Assembly (NCBI GenBank): GCA_039683575.1
Contig: JBDKRC010000299.1
Location: 1-18,749 of the forward strand
Origin: Armatimonadia bacterium
GTDB taxonomy: Bacteria; Armatimonadota; Zipacnadia; Zipacnadales; UBA11051
Direction: 5' to 3'
Length of the DNA: 18,749 bases
Position 1 is the first letter of the stretch, and each line of letters opens with the position of its first letter. The translations under genes and the position numbers were made by a program. The notes beneath the pieces were generated by a model. The model ran no database searches and had not been told where the DNA came from. It worked only from the letters and a program-made list of their open reading frames with translations. This document shows, in pieces, positions 15,621-18,749 of the stretch.

Positions 15621-18491
15621 CTACTTACCAGCCTCCGCCGCCACCTCCGCCGCGGATAGCGCCCGGCCCCATATCTTCACCTCATCCAGTGCTCCCTTGA
15701 GAAAGCACCCTTCGTGCACCATGTTCACGCCCGCCCATGCCTCACGCCCGATGATCAGCGGCTCGTTGTTCATCACGCGGTCCGCCGCGTTCTCTTTCGT
15801 GGCAATCGCCTTTCCATCCACGTACAGCGTCACGCCTTTCCCTTGCTCGACCACTGCCGCGACGTGGTGCCACTCGTTCTCCTTCACGGCCACCGGCGAA
15901 CGGAAGTTGAACGACCACTTCCCGTCCGTCGCGCACGCCTCGAAGTTGATGCCGCCATCCCACAGCGTCAGCACATACGGCGCCGCCGTCCCCGCGAACC
16001 GCTTGCCCAGCAGCGGGTTCCGGCCCTTCACACTGTCCGCCTTCACCCACAGTGCCAGCGTTACGTTCGTCAGATTCATCATATCAGGCTCGTTTACGGT
16101 GAGCCACGTCTGCCCATCGAAGCGCCCCGCCTGCCCCTGAGGTCCCGGCTCCAGTGTCAGCTTCCCCGTTACCGCTGCTGTAAAGCCATGTCCCGTCGCA
16201 TCGGGCACACCCGTAGCCTTGACCTCTTCAAACGCCCAGTGCGCCAGCGGACCCGGATCGGTCAGCAGCTTCTGTCGTCGCTCCTCCGCCGCCCGCGCCA
16301 TTTGCACCTCGTCGCGCACCGGCTCAACCACGTTCAGATACTTGTTATCTCGCAGATACACCCCCGACGCCGCTCGCCGCAGGAACACACCCACCTGCGA
16401 ATCGGCAACCTGGTTGCCCTCTACCACCACCTCCTGCACCACCGGCTCTTTGTATGCCGGGCTGTACGGGTCGGTGCCGCCGATAGCGATGTGCGCGTTG
16501 TTGCGCAGGCGGTTGTGGCGCACGATGGCCCCATAGGTCAGCGGGTCGGCAAGCTTGGGGTCCTTGGGTAGCGCAAACACGCCGAGGCGCGCCTCTCCCG
16601 ACAGCAGGTAGTTGTCATGCCCGGCGCTGTACGCATTGCCCTCGGTGATCTCGTTGCCGAGCCACTGGATGTACCAGCTTGGCTGTATGCCGTGATAGTT
16701 CATGCCGAAGTTGTGGTATCCGGCGCTGCGGGCAGTGGTGTTGCCCGCCATGATGTGCTCCAGCGCCGAACCATACAACTGCACCGAGATTCCGACATCA
16801 CTGAAGGAGTTGTCCACAATCAACCACTGCCGCAGCAGCCACACCACCGTGATCCGCGAAGTCTCGTCCGGCGCGATGTCCCACGGCCGGTCCACTTCTA
16901 TCTTGTTGCCCTCATACCCGACCGCCCGCCGCCACTGGCCGCGGCCCTTGCCGTCGAGGATGAAGACACCGGCGCCTATGGCACGCTTGTCGGTTACCTT
17001 GAGCTCCTCCGGCACGGTCAGAGTCGTTCTGGCGGCCTCGGCGACCGGTCCGTAGTAGACGCCACCGGACGCGTCCGAGGTAATCGACTCGCGGTCGCCG
17101 CCGTGCTCCATCGCAAAGCTGTTGCGGGCGATATAGACGTGTGAGATGTTGCCGTAGCCAATCCCGCCTGCGGCGCCCCAGCTCATCAGGTCGTTGCCGA
17201 CATACTGGTTGTCGGCCAGGATCACACCCTCGCCGCCGAAGATTCCGCTGCCGCCCCAGCGTCCCGCGCCGATGATGTTGCGCTCGACCAGCGCCCCCTG
17301 CGGCTGGTGCAGAGCATAGACGCAGCTCGCCGAGTACAGGTCGCAGTCGGTGATCTGTATGTTGCGCCCACCCACATTGAACAGCCAGTACCCGCCGCCG
17401 AACCCTACCTTCATCCCCTCCCGCCAGCGCTTGTCTACCTCATCCGGCGTCATGTGCCCGCGAAACACATTCGCCCGCACCCGCACCTTGCGCAGGAACA
17501 CATCCCCGGCTTCCGGCCCGGTCCTGTCGCCGGCGATGAAGGTCCGGTAGTTGCTGCAATACAGCGTCAGGTCCTGCAATCCGAAGCTGTTGGTGCCCTT
17601 GATCATCACCGGTGGGGGCTCGGGCATGTCGGGCCATAGGATGTTGACCAGGTCCTGCCCCTCGCCCCGAAGCACTGTGAAGCGTGGGATCGTCAGCCCG
17701 GCGCTCAAGCGGTACCGCCCGCGCGGGAAGTGCACGACGCCCCCGCCATTGGTCTCTGCCGCTGTCAGCGCCTCCTGCACCGCCGCGGTGTCATCCACCA
17801 CGCCATCGCCTATCGCGCCCAGCTTCTTCACGTCGAAGACCTGCTGTGGCCACGCCGCAGCCTTCCGCACCGTCACTCGCACCGGCTCGCTCCACCCGGT
17901 CGCGCCGCCATAGCCGCCGTGCACCAGGACCTTGTACTCCCCCGCTGGCAGGTCCTGCGGCAGCGCCGCCTTGAGTGCATAGGCATCCCCCGCCGCCGCC
18001 AGCGTCACCTCACGTGGCCCCTGGAGCATAACCGTCCGCTCCGGCCCGCCCTTGCTGCCGAGGTTCTTCCCCATGATACGCAGCCAGCCCCCGGGGGTTG
18101 CCTCAAGGCCCACGTCCCCCTGCACCCACCAGACCACGGGCCGGTTGAGCAGCCCGGTCACGGCCCCGTCCGCAGCAGTGATCCGGTACGCCAGCAACCC
18201 CGGCTTGAGCCCCGCCGGCACGATGAACTTCAGCGCGTTGTCCCGCGGCTGCAGCACCTCCACGGCCTGCCCACCGCCGCTCCATCCCAGCGGTCCCGTC
18301 ACGGGCTTCCCTGCCGCCCCCTCTGCCAGGCGCTTGATCTCCACCTTGGGTGCCGCTCCAAATCCCCCTCCGCACACCAGGGCCGTCTCGCCCGGAGCAA
18401 TCGGGTCGCTCGCCCAGAACACCACCGGAGTCGCCCTCACACTCGCGACAGCCGTCACCAACACCGCTACGATCAGAAGCGCTCGAAGCAT
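15621..18491 (-). CDS. Secreted right-handed beta-helix (Pectate_lyase_3 / GH28-related) protein with N-terminal Ig-like repeats and a C-terminal LamG/ConA-like domain
   Basis: Signal peptide MLRALLIVAVLVTAVASVRA; VFDVKKLGAIGDGVVDDTAAVQEAL...GGGVVHFPRGRY; Asn-ladder repeats. LamG motifs AHWAFEE, TLALWVK, WHHVAAV, LYVDG and GALDEVKIWGRALS. GGAGG RBS on the minus strand. Confidence 0.9.
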   Translation of the reverse strand: MLRALLIVAVLVTAVASVRATPVVFWASDPIAPGETALVCGGGFGAAPKVEIKRLAEGAAGKPVTGPLGWSGGGQAVEVLQPRDNALKFIVPAGLKPGLLAYRITAADGAVTGLLNRPVVWWVQGDVGLEATPGGWLRIMGKNLGSKGGPERTVMLQGPREVTLAAAGDAYALKAALPQDLPAGEYKVLVHGGYGGATGWSEPVRVTVRKAAAWPQQVFDVKKLGAIGDGVVDDTAAVQEALTAAETNGGGVVHFPRGRYRLSAGLTIPRFTVLRGEGQDLVNILWPDMPEPPPVMIKGTNSFGLQDLTLYCSNYRTFIAGDRTGPEAGDVFLRKVRVRANVFRGHMTPDEVDKRWREGMKVGFGGGYWLFNVGGRNIQITDCDLYSASCVYALHQPQGALVERNIIGAGRWGGSGIFGGEGVILADNQYVGNDLMSWGAAGGIGYGNISHVYIARNSFAMEHGGDRESITSDASGGVYYGPVAEAARTTLTVPEELKVTDKRAIGAGVFILDGKGRGQWRRAVGYEGNKIEVDRPWDIAPDETSRITVVWLLRQWLIVDNSFSDVGISVQLYGSALEHIMAGNTTARSAGYHNFGMNYHGIQPSWYIQWLGNEITEGNAYSAGHDNYLLSGEARLGVFALPKDPKLADPLTYGAIVRHNRLRNNAHIAIGGTDPYSPAYKEPVVQEVVVEGNQVADSQVGVFLRRAASGVYLRDNKYLNVVEPVRDEVQMARAAEERRQKLLTDPGPLAHWAFEEVKATGVPDATGHGFTAAVTGKLTLEPGPQGQAGRFDGQTWLTVNEPDMMNLTNVTLALWVKADSVKGRNPLLGKRFAGTAAPYVLTLWDGGINFEACATDGKWSFNFRSPVAVKENEWHHVAAVVEQGKGVTLYVDGKAIATKENAADRVMNNEPLIIGREAWAGVNMVHEGCFLKGALDEVKIWGRALSAAEVAAEAGK

Positions 18492-18568
18492 GCTATGCCT
18501 CCCGCTGAGATCACCTGTTGCGCCTCAATTCGCCGCCATCCCCCCGCTTCCTCTTCAAACCAGAACCC

Positions 18569-18596
18569 AAAACGCCCGGACCAAAGGCCCGGGCGT
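18569..18596 (-). terminator. Probable minus-strand intrinsic terminator upstream of the beta-helix gene
   Basis: Minus strand reads ACGCCCGGGCC-TTT-GGTCCGGGCGT-TTT: an 11-bp stem with a short U-tract. Confidence 0.55.
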
Positions 18597-18619
18597 CTCG
18601 ACATATCTCCGGGGGAACG

Positions 18620-18749
18620 GTAGGAGCGCTCCCCTGAGCGCGACCGCTCCCCTGAGCGCGACCGCTCCCCTGAGCGCGACCGCTCCCCTGAGCGCGACCG
18701 CTCCCCTGAGCGCGACCGCTCCCCTGAGCGCGACCGCTCCCCTGAGCGC
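18620..18749 (+). repeat. REP-like GTAGGAGCG...CGCGA palindrome expanded into a perfect 18-bp tandem array, truncated by the window end
   Basis: Unit CGCTCCCCTGAGCGCGAC from 18627: six exact copies plus 15 nt. The first copy is preceded by GTAGGAG. Confidence 0.9.

Noticed and set aside
15499-18623. Plus-strand ORFs overlapping the beta-helix gene
   Set aside because: Shadow frames rich in Arg/Pro/His; the minus-strand ORF has the RBS, signal peptide and domain motifs.
18627-18749. CRISPR array
   Set aside because: The 18-bp units are directly adjacent with no unique spacers, and there are no cas genes in the window.

Overview
High-GC bacterial chromosomal window, gene-dense and mostly on the + strand. 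The lineage is possibly Armatimonadota-like, inferred only from Firmicutes-style synteny, a CGGGGG lipoprotein and a large secreted beta-helix protein. From left to right it holds: a hypothetical exported protein; a tiny Gly-rich lipoprotein with its own terminator; and a four-gene putative amino-sugar module (class III PLP aminotransferase, BadF/NagK-type kinase, two UPF0309/NagS-like SIS proteins) interspersed with GTAG-type REP doublets. Next come a perfect sigma70 promoter and structured leader before a YabR-like S1 protein, an orphan soluble GAF-PAS histidine kinase, and a housekeeping block rpiB-dCMP deaminase-tagO/wecA-wecB-uppP. These are followed by a K+-independent membrane H+-pyrophosphatase (hppA), a GNAT acetyltransferase and a convergent 956-aa secreted beta-helix/LamG protein. 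The window ends inside an 18-bp tandem array seeded by a REP-like palindrome. The best candidates for new biology are the aminotransferase-kinase-SIS-SIS module, the REP family and array, and the structured yabR leader. All calls come from motif recognition by eye; no searches were run.
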